Assembly (NCBI RefSeq): GCF_001194135.2
Contig: NC_068985.1
Location: 50,429,020-50,467,522, forward strand
From: Octopus bimaculoides
Lineage: Eukaryota
Direction of reading: 5' to 3'
DNA length: 38,503 nucleotides
Part shown: piece by piece, positions 9,438 to 22,089 of the stretch
Layout: every line of letters begins with the position of its first letter
Position numbering within the stretch: the stretch's first letter is position 1
Notes under the pieces: model-generated
The model's input: only the letters and a program-made list of their open reading frames with translations
Told to the model about the DNA's origin: nothing
The model's database searches: none
Translations under genes and position numbers: made by a program

Positions 9438-9844
9438 NNNNNNNNNNNNNNNNNNNNNNNNNNNNNNNNNNNNNNNNNNNNNNNNNNNNNNNNNNNNNNN
9501 NNNNNNNNNNNNNNNNNNNNNNNNNNNNNNNNNNNNNNNNNNNNNNNNNNNNNNNNNNNNNNNNNNNNNNNNNNNNNNNNNNNNNNNNNNNNNNNNNNNN
9601 NNNNNNNNNNNNNNNNNNNNNNNNNNNNNNNNNNNNNNNNNNNNNNNNNNNNNNNNNNNNNNNNNNNNNNNNNNNNNNNNNNNNNNNNNNNNNNNNNNNN
9701 NNNNNNNNNNNNNNNNNNNNNNNNNNNNNNNNNNNNNNNNNNNNNNNNNNNNNNNNNNNNNNNNNNNNNNNNNNNNNNNNNNNNNNNNNNNNNNNNNNNN
9801 NNNNNNNNNNNNNNNNNNNNNNNNNNNNNNNNNNNNNNNNNNNN
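9438..9844. other. Assembly gap (other N-runs: 10756-11573, 15840-15849, 18706-19102, 21912-22050, 25285-25294, 26369-27241, 28586-28650, 31961-32493, 36212-36495)
   Basis: N characters; most gaps are flanked by microsatellites or TE ends. Confidence 0.99.
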
Positions 9845-10285
9845 CGGTAGGTGAAGGAAAGTAAGGTAAAAAAGGATGATAAAGGAGGTTTACAAAAGTG
9901 GAAAAGTTCAAAAGTTTTTTAGACGTCGTGGTATATTGAAGCGATTTCCAATCAGAAGATGGGTCCAGTGTAATCCGTGGGTAGGAGAGGTGCAGCGGAG
10001 GGTATAAAGTTCAGAATCAAACAGTCCAGATCCAGAAGGAAAGAAGGTAGAATCCAAAAGTTGGTAGTGTGTGATGAGAGGAGACAGGATTTTTTTCAGC
10101 CTGTCCCTTTGTGAGTTGCACTTCTTCCTCGCTGGCAGTGACCGTGTTAATGTAAATTCTGGAGGAAACATTCAATTTTACAAAGTGAAGCTGTTGTGTT
10201 GTGGTGATCTTTCTAAGACCAAAATTTGTTTTTTCTAGTTAGTGGGCGAGGCTCAAGTTACGTTTATGAATATATATATATATAT

Positions 10286-10500
10286 TCTTTTATTCTTTTA
10301 CTTGTTTCAGTCATTTGACTGTGGCCAAGCTGGAGCACCGCCTTTAGTCCAGTAAATTGACCCCAGGACTTATTCCTTGGAAGCCTAGTACTTATTCTAT
10401 CGGTGTCTTTTGCCGAACCGTTAAGTTACGGGGACATAAACGCACCAGCATCGGTTGTCAAGCGATGGGGGGGGGGACAAACACAGACACACACATATAT
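10286..10500 (-). mobile_element. SINE family 2, 3' portion
   Basis: CTTGTTTCAGTCATTTGACTG...GGAGCACCGCCTTTAGTC...CCCCAGGACTTATTC...CCAGCATCGGTTGTCAAGCGATG is recalled as the tail of a very abundant cephalopod SINE; its 5' tRNA-like part appears at 27541-27712. Confidence 0.75.
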
Positions 10501-11573
10501 ATATATCCCCACCCTCAGCCTAACCCACACTGCACCCATACTTTCCCCACTCTCGCCTCCCCCGCCTTCGCCTTCACCACCTCCCAACACCCTCACATCA
10601 CACCACACATCACTTCACAACACACACCACGCACACACTACAACTGACCAACTCCTTTCTCCCCTCCCCATTTTTTCACATATACATACGTCAAGATCAC
10701 CAGCATTCTCTCCCTCTCTCACACACACACACAGCTCCTCGTATTTGGGTCACCGNNNNNNNNNNNNNNNNNNNNNNNNNNNNNNNNNNNNNNNNNNNNN
10801 NNNNNNNNNNNNNNNNNNNNNNNNNNNNNNNNNNNNNNNNNNNNNNNNNNNNNNNNNNNNNNNNNNNNNNNNNNNNNNNNNNNNNNNNNNNNNNNNNNNN
10901 NNNNNNNNNNNNNNNNNNNNNNNNNNNNNNNNNNNNNNNNNNNNNNNNNNNNNNNNNNNNNNNNNNNNNNNNNNNNNNNNNNNNNNNNNNNNNNNNNNNN
11001 NNNNNNNNNNNNNNNNNNNNNNNNNNNNNNNNNNNNNNNNNNNNNNNNNNNNNNNNNNNNNNNNNNNNNNNNNNNNNNNNNNNNNNNNNNNNNNNNNNNN
11101 NNNNNNNNNNNNNNNNNNNNNNNNNNNNNNNNNNNNNNNNNNNNNNNNNNNNNNNNNNNNNNNNNNNNNNNNNNNNNNNNNNNNNNNNNNNNNNNNNNNN
11201 NNNNNNNNNNNNNNNNNNNNNNNNNNNNNNNNNNNNNNNNNNNNNNNNNNNNNNNNNNNNNNNNNNNNNNNNNNNNNNNNNNNNNNNNNNNNNNNNNNNN
11301 NNNNNNNNNNNNNNNNNNNNNNNNNNNNNNNNNNNNNNNNNNNNNNNNNNNNNNNNNNNNNNNNNNNNNNNNNNNNNNNNNNNNNNNNNNNNNNNNNNNN
11401 NNNNNNNNNNNNNNNNNNNNNNNNNNNNNNNNNNNNNNNNNNNNNNNNNNNNNNNNNNNNNNNNNNNNNNNNNNNNNNNNNNNNNNNNNNNNNNNNNNNN
11501 NNNNNNNNNNNNNNNNNNNNNNNNNNNNNNNNNNNNNNNNNNNNNNNNNNNNNNNNNNNNNNNNNNNNNNNNN

Positions 11574-11760
11574 TGAGACTCTCTAAGCTATTCCTTACGC
11601 TGATTGATATTGATGTACAGGCACCATTTTTCGTCGCCTTAGAACCTTGATTAAAAGCAAAAAGGAGGTGTCGAAAATGCTCGTTTTTCTTAACTTGACA
11701 TTTCATTTTAATGATCTGAAAATAAACAAAAAATTAACTAAAATTAACTAGGAAAAAAAA
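11574..11760 (-). mobile_element. Mariner-family transposase N-terminal fragment (runs into gap)
   Basis: MKCQVKKNEHFRHLLFAFNQGSKATK matches the mariner HTH start (EHFRH.LLF.F..G..A). Confidence 0.75.
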
Positions 11761-12019
11761 AAAGATTCTAAAATGATTCAAAAGTAGAATTCTCGAAAAA
11801 TATAGATTCCAAAATTTAAAAACGCAATAAATTCCAAAGCTTAAAAAACGCCAGGAACTTAGTTGCCAGCCCAACACAAATTTCTCGAACTGCTTGTGTG
11901 TACTCAGTTTGCTAGTAGATCTGAAGTCTGTTTTGTATAATATTTAGTAGTTTCATCTCTGTGACTTCTAGGGAGAAAGACAGAATAAAATGAATGTATG
12001 CAGATAGACTAACAAGCTA

Positions 12020-12525
12020 GTGTGAAAAACAAAATAGACATTTTGAAAGAAGTATCTACAAACTAGTTTTTAAACAGAATGGTTATTGGTGACTACTAGA
12101 ATACAATAGTAATAAAAGAGTTCCATAGTTTAAAAAAAAAGGCATGTGAACCACTGTTCTAGATGGACTAAGAGTAGATTTATCATCAGTTCAGTATGTT
12201 TTCTTTTTCACTCAACTTTATAACATTAAGTAGACATCTGCTGGACAACAAACGTCAGTTAGTGTGCATAACTTCTATTCACTGTCTTACATCATTATAC
12301 TTGGTCTGTTGTGCTTGCATGTTATTGAAGTTTTTGACAAGGACAGTTTACCAGTATTATGTGTGGTTATCCCCTTAACATCATTGTAGAATCTAATATT
12401 TGTCTCCACAAGATTATTTTTTCTGAGGATCTTATTATATATTATTCTAACCACGACAACATGTCTCTTAGGTAGGTAATATCGTGATGACATTTTCGAA
12501 TAGGTGATAGCCAAATGTGAATTCC
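12020..12525 (-). mobile_element. R4/Dong-type LINE 3' fragment with RLE endonuclease
   Basis: SRYYLPKRHVVVVRIIYN (RHD motif region) and CKHNRPSIMM*DSE*KLCTLTDVCCPADV (PD...D/E-x-K-type RLE motif, degenerate). Confidence 0.7.
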
Positions 12526-12534
12526 ACAGAGCTT

Positions 12535-13000
12535 ACATCTCCTGTTAGCCTTGTTAACCAACCGCTTGGCACGAATCAAACAGTTTTCCTGTGTCTTTGC
12601 TGGCATGAATTATCTATCCTCACTACATGCGATTTGTATGGAATGTTCTCATGCCCCAGAATTCTGATAGTTCACTCCGACACCTGAAGTTCTTTGGCGA
12701 TGGCCCTCATTGAACTGCAGCATTCTTGTAGTATCCGAACGCTTAGAACGTTTTATTCACCTTATGATATTTGAAACATTGCAGCCTGAGGCTCTCAATT
12801 CCAGATTTTGCATCATTTAGAAAGCTGACAATTTCTAAATCACTGTGTTTCGCACAAATAGCAACAATGACTGCATATCTTCCCACTTCTTGTTTTTGCA
12901 TTTTATCTGCTTCGGAGGATCTGAAAGAAATGAAAACCTTTTAATTGGATTGAAAACAGTAATATACTCATAATTAAGTGTCCTAAAATGCCTCTAGAAC
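12535..13000 (-). mobile_element. Tc1/mariner (maT/DD37D-like) transposase N-terminal fragment
   Basis: RYAVIVAICAKHSDLEIVSFL and MRAIAKELQVSE*TIRILGHENIPYKSHVV form the HTH and IRYKSY motif region of this family. Confidence 0.75.
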
Positions 13001-13900
13001 CTTGTATATGTACGTGTATGCATGTATACATCCATGTTTGCGTATATATATATATATATATTAGAGAGGGAAAGAGAGAAAGAGAAAGAGATAAGATGAA
13101 AAAACACAAAAGTTTTGTTTTACAGGATTTATGAGTATATTAGAGCCATGATAATAAAGATATACAATTTTGTACAAAATAAGGTTTTGTTCTTTCAACA
13201 TAATTGAAGTAAGGACAGGTTTCGCATTGCTCATCAAACTGAGAGTTGAAAGAGATAAATTGCTAGGGGAAAAAAAAATATTGATAGGAGAGATAATTGT
13301 TCACTCATTTATTTTGCACTAAAGAGAGGTAAATCTGTAATTTTTATATTTTTATTTTTTGTGTTCTCTGCTTTATTCTGCCTTACATTCTGCACGCACA
13401 TTTATCCTCATACATTAAGATCCAGCTTAGGAAGATGTCTCATATTCACTTGATGTTTACGATTAATCAATTTCTTCTTATAAATCCATTTATTCGACAG
13501 ATAACTAAATAAAACACCAACTGAAGAGGAACATCAACCGCGTCGATTGCGTTAATCTTGGTAAGTCTGTGAAGGCCGTTCCCCACCAGATGAAATCATA
13601 AAGGAAAACAAATGAGTTTGTTATAATAATACTGGATACGTTCATTTTTGTTAGAAGAGGAAGGAAAGACGGAATGTTGTTCATCAATTCACTCTATTTA
13701 TTATTCCAGTGTGCAAATTTTTGTGTATCAAGCAATCTTTATATATCGAATAAAATGAAAAACAAATGTGTTAACAAGTTTTGTCCATGACTGTTTGGTT
13801 TTCAGTAACTAATTACAATGACAAATATGATATAATATTAAAATATATATGATATAATATATTATATGATATAATGTGGCATAATAATAAAATAAAATAT

Positions 13901-14758
13901 TCTATACTATAAATTGCAGTGTTCTTGATTGCTTGCTTGATTGAGTGTCGGCAGATTCACTCGAGAACGGTGCAGTGGAATCGCGTGAAATTCAGCACAG
14001 AGCGGCAGCATGGTCCGCTCATGTTCAGGCGATTTTTATTGCCCTCCAGCTCCCATGGTTACCGAGATAATCGATTATTACTTTTTAAGATAGGAATATC
14101 CCATTCAAAGTGGGGAGGAGCGATTTTGTTGCCTTTCCCATGCGCGAAATTTTACGAAAAACCAGCACAATAAAGATTATTTTTTTCCAAGTAATGTGGC
14201 TGGGTTTGTTTTTCGAAAATTTTAATCAGAGGTACAGAAAAAAAATAATTTCAGTTTTTTGTGCATTAAAAAGCCAAAGCTGTTAGACGCTAGCGTACAG
14301 CGATCGATATATACGCAGTGAACGTTTTCTCCATTTGCGTGCAATAAGGCTTAGAGCAAGCGAGTGTAACATCGAAATAACTTGAAAAGAATGCATGTGG
14401 GAATGCCGTTATAATGAATGCTCATTTAAATGTATTTTGCATGGAGTTGATGTACTTTTTAACAGAAGAGGAGTGCCTGCAGGCTGGTTCTTCTCAAGTT
14501 TATGCATTTTCAGGTTCAATGTGTTTCAAATAAGTACTGACAATTGAAGGTGATTGCAAAGACAAAGAACTACCTGTATTTTTTAACAATTTTAACAGTG
14601 AGAACATTGGACAAAATATGTTATTGACATTAATAGTTTGTACCTCAGCTAATTACTGTTGAGAACTGCATAATCCATGTGTCATGTTAGAGATCTAAAA
14701 GGCATTTTCGAATTTCATTATTTTCTTTAATCCAGGCAACGCTGGATATTTCTGCTAG
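13901..14758 (+). mobile_element. Candidate complete non-autonomous Helitron (~858 bp)
   Basis: Starts TCTATACTATAAA. Ends with hairpin ATCCAG-gcaacg-CTGGAT (14730-14747), then CTAG (14755-14758) followed by T. No TSD, AT-rich flanks. The base before TC is T rather than the canonical A. Confidence 0.65.
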
Positions 14759-14822
14759 TATGTAATAAAATAAAAATGAAATGAAACAAACATTTCTCCT
14801 GTTATCTCAGCTAACATATTGA

Positions 14823-15038
14823 TTTTCAAATTTTGGCGCAAGGTCAGCAATTTCGGAGGAGGTGGCAAATCGATTATATCGACCCCATTACTAAACTGGT
14901 ACTTATTTTCTAGACCTCGAAAGGGAAGGAAGGCGAAGTCGACGTGGGCAGAATTTGAACTCAGGACGTAAAGACGAACGAGATGCCACTGTGTATTTTT
15001 GCCTGGGAAACTAATAATTCTGCCAGTTGGCCACTTTA
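14823..15038 (-). mobile_element. SINE family 1, full-length diverged copy
   Basis: Reverse complement has TGGCAGAATTATTAG, B-box GAGTTCAAATTCTGCC, and AAAATAAGTACCAG...GGGGTCGATATAATCGA. Confidence 0.85.
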
Positions 15039-16204
15039 TGGAGCAGCTACCATATTAACATATAAACAAGATATTATATGGACAAATTGATAAAACACAG
15101 AACTTGATGAATACGGTATTAACACTTCTTAGTCTGACGTTGTGGTGTTCATTCCTGTTATATTCCTTCTGATGGAACAGCGACTTACACGTTGGTTAAA
15201 TACTGTGACGTTAAAGTCAGAGAAGGTTTCTGAAAATAGGTTCAGTTCTTCTCGAAGGTTAAAGTTATGTCAAGTTTGAAATGAAAATAGTAATATAGAG
15301 TGGTTAACAAGTCAATAATGTTTTAGGCTCCAGAACAAATCAATCTGTGGTCATGTTTCAAACAAACAGATATGACAGATTGAAGTGCTTTGCAGGTTTC
15401 CACCAGTCTTTTAGTAGATAACTAATGGGTGAATAGTAGCCTGGGCGTTGTTCCAATGAAACCCTTGCACCTCATTTTGCACTACAAAACTATAATTTTC
15501 TGCTGTTTTATTTGTGATGGTGGTAGTGTTAGTGGGTGGGAACGAATTAGCCGGGTCGTTAAAGCATCGGAGAGAATGCTCTGCGATATTTGTTTCGGTC
15601 TTGTGCGTACTGAGTTCAAGTTTCGCTTCCTTTGACTGAAAACTGGGTCCTTCAGAGCCCAACAAAAATGGGGACAGTCTTGAAGAAGTCTTCAAGTTAA
15701 TGAACAACTATTTCTGCTTATCTCTTTCAAAAGCAGTACACCAGATGGAAGGAAAGATTAGAAGAAAACTGTCAAGCCTCATGCAATCTCTCTCTGTTTC
15801 TGTATCTCTCTCTGTCTCTCTAACTCCACCTTTCTCACCNNNNNNNNNNCTGTGATTCCGAAAAGGATTGGTTTTATTCAGAAACATGACCTTGCACCGA
15901 TTTTCGGTTCAAGAATCCTTTTGTAAACAAATTTTCAGTTGGAGACCACTGATTTCAATATATGAGTTTCCTTGAATTTCTGGATTTATCTTTCTCATAT
16001 ATTTGTCAAGGTTTATATACCTACAGACTAAGTCATTTGGTATCGACTAGTTGAATTGGTGTTGTATTCTGCACTGTGCCTATGGTCGAAATATTTAACT
16101 CTTAGCGGCTCAGTACATATAGATATTTATTCCTATTTATAGGAATGCAGAAAATTCCTGATTGTCCTTCTATTATAATTCCATTTCCATCTAAAATGCA
16201 TTAC

Positions 16205-16345
16205 AAGAATATTGACTCAACTTCAGTATATCATTGATACTCTATTCTATCAACCACGAAAGTGTAGACAGCCAAATTGCTCTTGACAGAATTTGAACTC
16301 AAGAACCCAAATGGACGTAACTAAATATTTTATCCGGGATTTATC
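16205..16345 (-). mobile_element. Degenerate SINE family 1 fragment
   Basis: CAGAATTTGAACTCA (reverse B-box) with weak similarity to the core. Confidence 0.5.
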
Positions 16346-16904
16346 AGAATTTTTTTTTTAAAAAGGAAAGTGTGTCTTGAGGGAAGCGATTGATCCGCTG
16401 TATTTTAACTTTTATGGGGGTACCGAGCTAGCATTTATGCAGGTATATAATGTCATCGTTGTCGGTGGCGGTGATCGTAATCCATCGGGGTCGAGAATAA
16501 CAGCTTTTATGGACCCGTATGTGACTATGTAGGCTAATGCGGGTTACAGAATCGGTTATTTAATGAGGCGTTATGTTTGTTGCTTAGCACTGCATTTTAT
16601 GCTCACATTTTACATTCAGATGCTTGTTTCGTGCTGAGGTGATGTTTTGGGCTTCATCATGGCTGATGTTTTCCACTTATGCCGTTCATTCGCCAACGAT
16701 CCCCACTCGTATAATATTCATGCCACATGTTTTCGAATTTCAATTTCCTTTAAGTACGTTTTTGAACCGCTTTCTTTATCCGACTTACTTGGTTTTCCTT
16801 CATTCAGTTGCGACTAAAATAGTTGTTAGAAAAATCCATGGCTTAATACTCGCAACACACATTGACTCATTCACTCTCCCCACCCCTTTCTCTCTTTCTG
16901 CGCT

Positions 16905-17240
16905 CCCCTCCCCTCCACACTGCAACCTGCTTGACTGCAAAGCCCCTTAATTATGGTGTGTGGGACGCAGTTGAGCGAGAGATTAACAAAACTCCTTGTA
17001 ACACTAAAGATGAACTGAAGGCAAGGATTATGGCAGCACTTACCAACTTAAACAAGGAGACCGTCCAGAAGAGTTGTAGGAGATTCCGAAGTTGTCTGCA
17101 GGCCGTGGTTGAAGCCAATGGTGATTTTATTGAATAAATTTACTCTGTATTTTTTGGTAAATATAGCTGTTAAAAATGAGACATCAGTGTTATTTTCATT
17201 TTTACGTAATTTAGACGGCAATTCATTCACCGCACCCTGT
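16905..17240 (+). mobile_element. Tc1/mariner (maT-like) 3' end with right TIR and TA
   Basis: PLNYGVWDAVEREINKTPCNTKDELKARIMAA...RRFRSCLQAVVEANGDFIE*, then TIR-like GACGGCAATTCATTCACCGCACCCTG followed by TA. Confidence 0.85.
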
Positions 17241-17267
17241 ATATATCTCTATCTATATCTATATCTA

Positions 17268-17327
<60 letters not shown>

Positions 17328-17337
17328 AATCTATCTA
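17241..17337. repeat. (TATC)n microsatellite
   Basis: Direct reading. Confidence 0.95.
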
Positions 17338-17409
17338 TTGCGTATACCTGATTTTTATTCACCTGATTTTTATTCGCAACATCAGTGTGTGTTTCATTCA
17401 CTTTTTCCT

Positions 17410-17539
17410 ATATCAGAGGCGACGAATTCTCTCCGATTTTCGCAGCGAGTAGGCGCAATTGACAAGGTCCCCAAAGCCGAAATATATCTGGCCTTTTCTC
17501 TGGCCACTGCTGAGACGAATTTTCGTCCCCCTCTGATAT
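17410..17539. mobile_element. MITE-like ~130-bp element with ~20-bp imperfect terminal inverted repeats
   Basis: ATATCAGAGGCGACGAATT (17410-17428) versus the reverse complement of AATTTTCGTCCCCCTCTGATAT (17518-17539). Confidence 0.45.
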
Positions 17540-17939
17540 CTATTCTGCTTTTAATACATCACGTTCATAAGTGATGTTGCCTCTAGAACAAATGTTGGAC
17601 TAACTGGGCTATCGACAATATGTGTACATTAGATATGATACGTAGATGGCTATTTTAATTATGTACAAACTGAAGATAAATTCTGGAGCAGATAGAAAGG
17701 AAACAAACAAAATAATCATATATTGCTCTGCTCATAGATTGCTTTAAAAGTTGTTACCGCAAACAAAATTCTACTTTCTCAAAAATGAGAGAAAGGATAT
17801 CTCAGACTTATCCAGCTATGTATGTTAGTTGACAGAACGGTATCTTGAAAATTTTGATATCAGTCATCGAACATGGTATACTTACATAAATGTGGCAAAG
17901 CTGTCACTTAGCACAACAGAGAAATACTGCATCATAACA

Positions 17940-18480
17940 AAACTAATAACATCATAACATTTCTAAACAATATCAACGTGATTACATATAAGTCGACAAC
18001 AGCAGAGAAAACGTAGGCAAAGAGGAAATTCCAGACATCTGCTGCTCTGAAGAGGTAAGCTAGAGCAAGTGGTTTTAAGCAGGAAATGATGAGTGAAATA
18101 TAGGACTAACGAAGGCAGTAGAGTCGAGTGTGTCAAGAGTATGGAATTAATATGCCTAGACAGTTCAGAGGAACGGAATCCGTGATAGGAGAGGCAGAAT
18201 AGATAGAGAGGCGGCGATGACATTGCATTAGCATATTGATGCTGCTAGTGCGTATGTTAGTCAATTTATGCCAGTCAGTTGGGTTGCCCTATTTTGGGTG
18301 CAATATGGAATGTTCACGTAGCAGCATTTCTGTAGCACACCTGAAACCAGCACATCATAGTATATCCTAGCAAAGTTCTTGAGGCAGCAACTGCCGTAAG
18401 TAGTTACTGCAAAATGGTGTACACAACGACAACCTTGTGGAATTGAGGAATATTTCTTTACGTTGCACATAATTCCGCCA
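17940..18480 (-). mobile_element. CR1/L2-group LINE 3' fragment
   Basis: LFCLSYHGFRSSELS and DVWNFLFAYVFSAVVDL correspond to the LFYRYYHG.CS.EL and LWNSLP..VFP motifs; PYCTQ corresponds to EYCSH. Confidence 0.65.
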
Positions 18481-18670
18481 CATGAACAGAAATCAATTCC
18501 TCCATTTGAAGTGTTATCTATGTTAGATAATACTCATCTTTCAAATATTATACTACACCATCCGAACTTCAGCACCACCTCAACGGAACTTTATGATGCA
18601 GAATGCATTAACGTCCTTTAGTTTTTAACTGAAAAATTTATATATATATATATATTATATAGATAGATGG

Positions 18671-18701
<31 letters not shown>

Positions 18702-19102
18702 GATANNNNNNNNNNNNNNNNNNNNNNNNNNNNNNNNNNNNNNNNNNNNNNNNNNNNNNNNNNNNNNNNNNNNNNNNNNNNNNNNNNNNNNNNNNNNNNN
18801 NNNNNNNNNNNNNNNNNNNNNNNNNNNNNNNNNNNNNNNNNNNNNNNNNNNNNNNNNNNNNNNNNNNNNNNNNNNNNNNNNNNNNNNNNNNNNNNNNNNN
18901 NNNNNNNNNNNNNNNNNNNNNNNNNNNNNNNNNNNNNNNNNNNNNNNNNNNNNNNNNNNNNNNNNNNNNNNNNNNNNNNNNNNNNNNNNNNNNNNNNNNN
19001 NNNNNNNNNNNNNNNNNNNNNNNNNNNNNNNNNNNNNNNNNNNNNNNNNNNNNNNNNNNNNNNNNNNNNNNNNNNNNNNNNNNNNNNNNNNNNNNNNNNN
19101 NN

Positions 19103-19240
19103 AGGAGGGAGGGAGGGGAGGAGGAGGAGGGGAGCGGAGGAGGAGGAGGAGAAGAAGAAGAAGAAGAAGAAGAAGAAGAAGAAGAAGAAGAAGAAGAAGA
19201 AGAGCAATAACAGCAACAACAACAACAACAATGACAGTAC
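19103..19240. repeat. Compound (GGA)n-(GAA)n-(CAA)n microsatellite
   Basis: Direct reading. Confidence 0.95.
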
Positions 19241-19734
19241 AAGTACAATAAAGTGTAGAAAAGATGTCAGAAAAATATGAGGGTAAAGGATGATAAAGAT
19301 GGGGAAGTAAGACATGGGAGGGGTAGACTGAGTGAATGAAAAGAGAAAAAATGCAAAATGCTGGTAAGATGAGCGTGGAATGCTTTTTGCGAATCGGCTT
19401 AACATTACACTAAGATATGGCCAAATACATTCAGCTTTTTATCGGCATTGTGGTACTTTAATCACTGATAATATGTAGATCCTGCCCATACACCACTTGA
19501 TATAGACTAGCGGTTGATGGGGACCTGTGGGTCGTGTTGACAAGCTACATTCTAAAGAAAGAAAAGAATATTCAATATGATTCTGGAAATAGATATCTCT
19601 CGTTATCCTTTCCATAATATCGGAAAATGCAAAATTACACAAAGAGAGACAGAGCAGGAATGAAATCGAATGAACTTATTGACCGAGTTAGTTTCCTCAT
19701 TGACTTAAGTTTCTTACGTAGGACCTAAAATATC

Positions 19735-19862
19735 ATACATAAAATTGCTGAACCAACAAGGGAACCTCTACACAGTCGCTCCACCTGCTGGAGATAGCCT
19801 CCAAATTTCAACAAACCACACTCTACTATCTTTAGGAAGGACATGAAGCATAACGTAGTTTC
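19735..19862 (+). mobile_element. SINE 3'-tail fragment
   Basis: GAACCTCTACACAGTCGCTCCACCTGCTGGAGATAGCCTCCAAAT resembles a recalled cephalopod SINE tail. Confidence 0.4.
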
Positions 19863-19899
19863 ACATACAAACATACATACATACATACATACATACATA

Positions 19900-21795
19900 C
19901 ATCATGGCGCCGTCAACATCAGACGTGCAGTTATAGAAGACCTTTTTAAAAGTCCGTCTTGAACGCCTTCCTCTAGAAATACGCCGACTTCTCTATCGGT
20001 AAGTGGTTTATTTCTCCAATAATTAATAAGAGAAACACCTTTTATTCACCAACGTAGCGTTATCCTGAACAGATTTTGAAATATACAACTACACCACCTG
20101 GAATCTAGCTAACACGATTATGGCTGAAACTAACACCACCACACATGAAACTAACAATGTCACCACCGATGAAAACAGAACTACTTCACCAGTAAGCTAT
20201 TTAAGAAGACGTAAGTACTCTTCTCATTTTACTTAGACTCAACAACTAAACCAAGATTTACTTCGGTGCTAAGAAAAAGCCCGAGATGACCCTTCAATCG
20301 GATACATGAAGCTGTTAAAACAATACTGGGACGAAGCTCATCCCAACTTAAATACCTTCACGGCGAAACAGCTCCGACAACAAGCATGTGAAACAATGAG
20401 AATGGGCCAAAATCTGCTAGAAGCGGCGTAAAAAAATAATGTAAACAGACCACCGCTCCCGCCATAGCTAAATTCGAGTGTGTCTCCAAATTTAACTGAC
20501 TCAGTAGCGAAGACTGCGGAATGCATCCAACTCAAAAACATTTTAAAATTATAATTCCCCCAAAATTTTATTACTTTCTAGAAGCTTTCTTTGAGCAACA
20601 GACCATTCCCAACAAGAGTGAGAAAAAATCCGACCGATCTAATGTTTAAAGTTATCAACGATGTTGCTGGAGAGCACATGGAATCATGTGAAGTTAATTA
20701 CTGCAATATTTCATACTCTTATATACACAGCCGCTATTACTCATAAAGAACACCTAGGAGAAATCTACAGTGAACAAAGTAACGAAATTACTAAACGGAA
20801 ACACCGAGATGGAAAACAAAACTTGAAGAAAACTTCAACAACGTGCGCCGCCATATTGGATGGTCAACTACAACAATAAAATGTAAGGAGAAAAATAAGT
20901 TTACACTTCACCAACTCTACCTTAGACAAAAACGAATGAAACTTTATGGCAATTCTTCACACCGAGCTCTTGAGGGAAAGCTAATCACTTTAAAACATGA
21001 ACTCAGGACGATGAGCGAGAAACTCTGCTATCGCATGCGAATTTTTGAGCGAACCAGTATCAATCGCAAGTTTGCTTCCAACCCACAAGCATTATACAGA
21101 GAGATCAGGAAGGAAAATATTACCATTAAGAAAGCTCCCTCCCAAGAAGATCTACAATCATTCTGGTCATAAATTTGGAACGAAAAGAGTGATTTTAACC
21201 TGAACACATCATAATTAAATACAATTGCGAAAGAATACTGTACCAACACTAACAGTAAAACATACAAAGTTGATGCATACAAAATCGATGCAGAAACCTT
21301 CGCTATATCAGCAGGCATACTGCAGAATAGGAAGGCACCTGTAAGGGACCTAATAGTTGGATATTAATACAAGAAGGTGACATTTTATAGAAACCAATTG
21401 ATATGTATGTTCAAAAGAACTAATGGAAGGTCAGAACTGGTATACCAAATTCGTTTGCTACAGCAAGGACCAATCTTGTTGCCAAAAATGAAACCACCGA
21501 AATGGCAGGAAACTACAAGCCCATTGCTTGCCTAAACATTATGTAGAAACTGTACACAAGTTGCCTCAACCAAATCCTCCAGGACCATTGTGAGTCGAAC
21601 AACATTGTGACTGATGAACAAGCTGGTGGAAAGAAGGGAATGTGGGGTGGTGCCGAACAACTTTTAATAAAAAAAAAAAAGCGGTACTGTGTGAAGTAAG
21701 AAAACGACGTAGAAATCCTGTAACTGTGGCTCAACTATAACAAGGCTTTCGACTCTATCCTTCATTCATGGCCGTTGAAGTGCCTACATCTGGCA
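19900..21795 (+). mobile_element. R4/Dong-type non-LTR retrotransposon, 5' half (N-terminal region + RT domains 0-3), decayed
   Basis: RRRKYS...GYMKLLKQYWDEAHP; INRKFASNPQALYREI...SFWS*IW; KAPVRDLI.GY; GNYKPIACLN; EQAGGKKGMWG..EQLLIN; KAFDSI.HSW. Truncated by a (TACA)n tract. Confidence 0.85.
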
Positions 21796-21819
21796 GTTTA
21801 AAGTCATACATACATACAA

Positions 21820-21854
<35 letters not shown>

Positions 21855-21863
21855 TATAACTGA

Positions 21864-21911
<48 letters not shown>

Positions 21912-22050
21912 NNNNNNNNNNNNNNNNNNNNNNNNNNNNNNNNNNNNNNNNNNNNNNNNNNNNNNNNNNNNNNNNNNNNNNNNNNNNNNNNNNNNNNNNN
22001 NNNNNNNNNNNNNNNNNNNNNNNNNNNNNNNNNNNNNNNNNNNNNNNNNN

Positions 22051-22089
<39 letters not shown>

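Noticed and set aside
10111-10150. TCCTCGCTGGC resembling the HDV ribozyme L3/P3
   Set aside because: No P1, P2 or P3 5' strands in the required order; an 11-nt match is expected by chance.
9908-10171. 87-aa ORF as a gene or LINE endonuclease
   Set aside because: No recognisable motif in the frames I translated and no convincing splice context.
9161-11706. Long ORFs spanning X runs
   Set aside because: Artefacts of N gaps being read through; the same applies at 18638-19405, 21784-22267, 31760-32797 and 35977-36705.
13501-13566. 60-bp segment between an AG acceptor and a strong GTAAGT donor
   Set aside because: Stop codons in all three frames within 12 nt and no other evidence; only a non-coding exon would fit, and that cannot be supported here.
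12535-17240. The two maT-like fragments as ends of one 4.7-kb element
   Set aside because: The N-terminal piece is on the minus strand pointing away and the C-terminal piece is on the plus strand; the orientations are incompatible with a single element.
21611-21640. CTGATGA...GAAA inside the R4/Dong RT
   Set aside because: No stem II, coding context (VTDEQAGGK); chance match.
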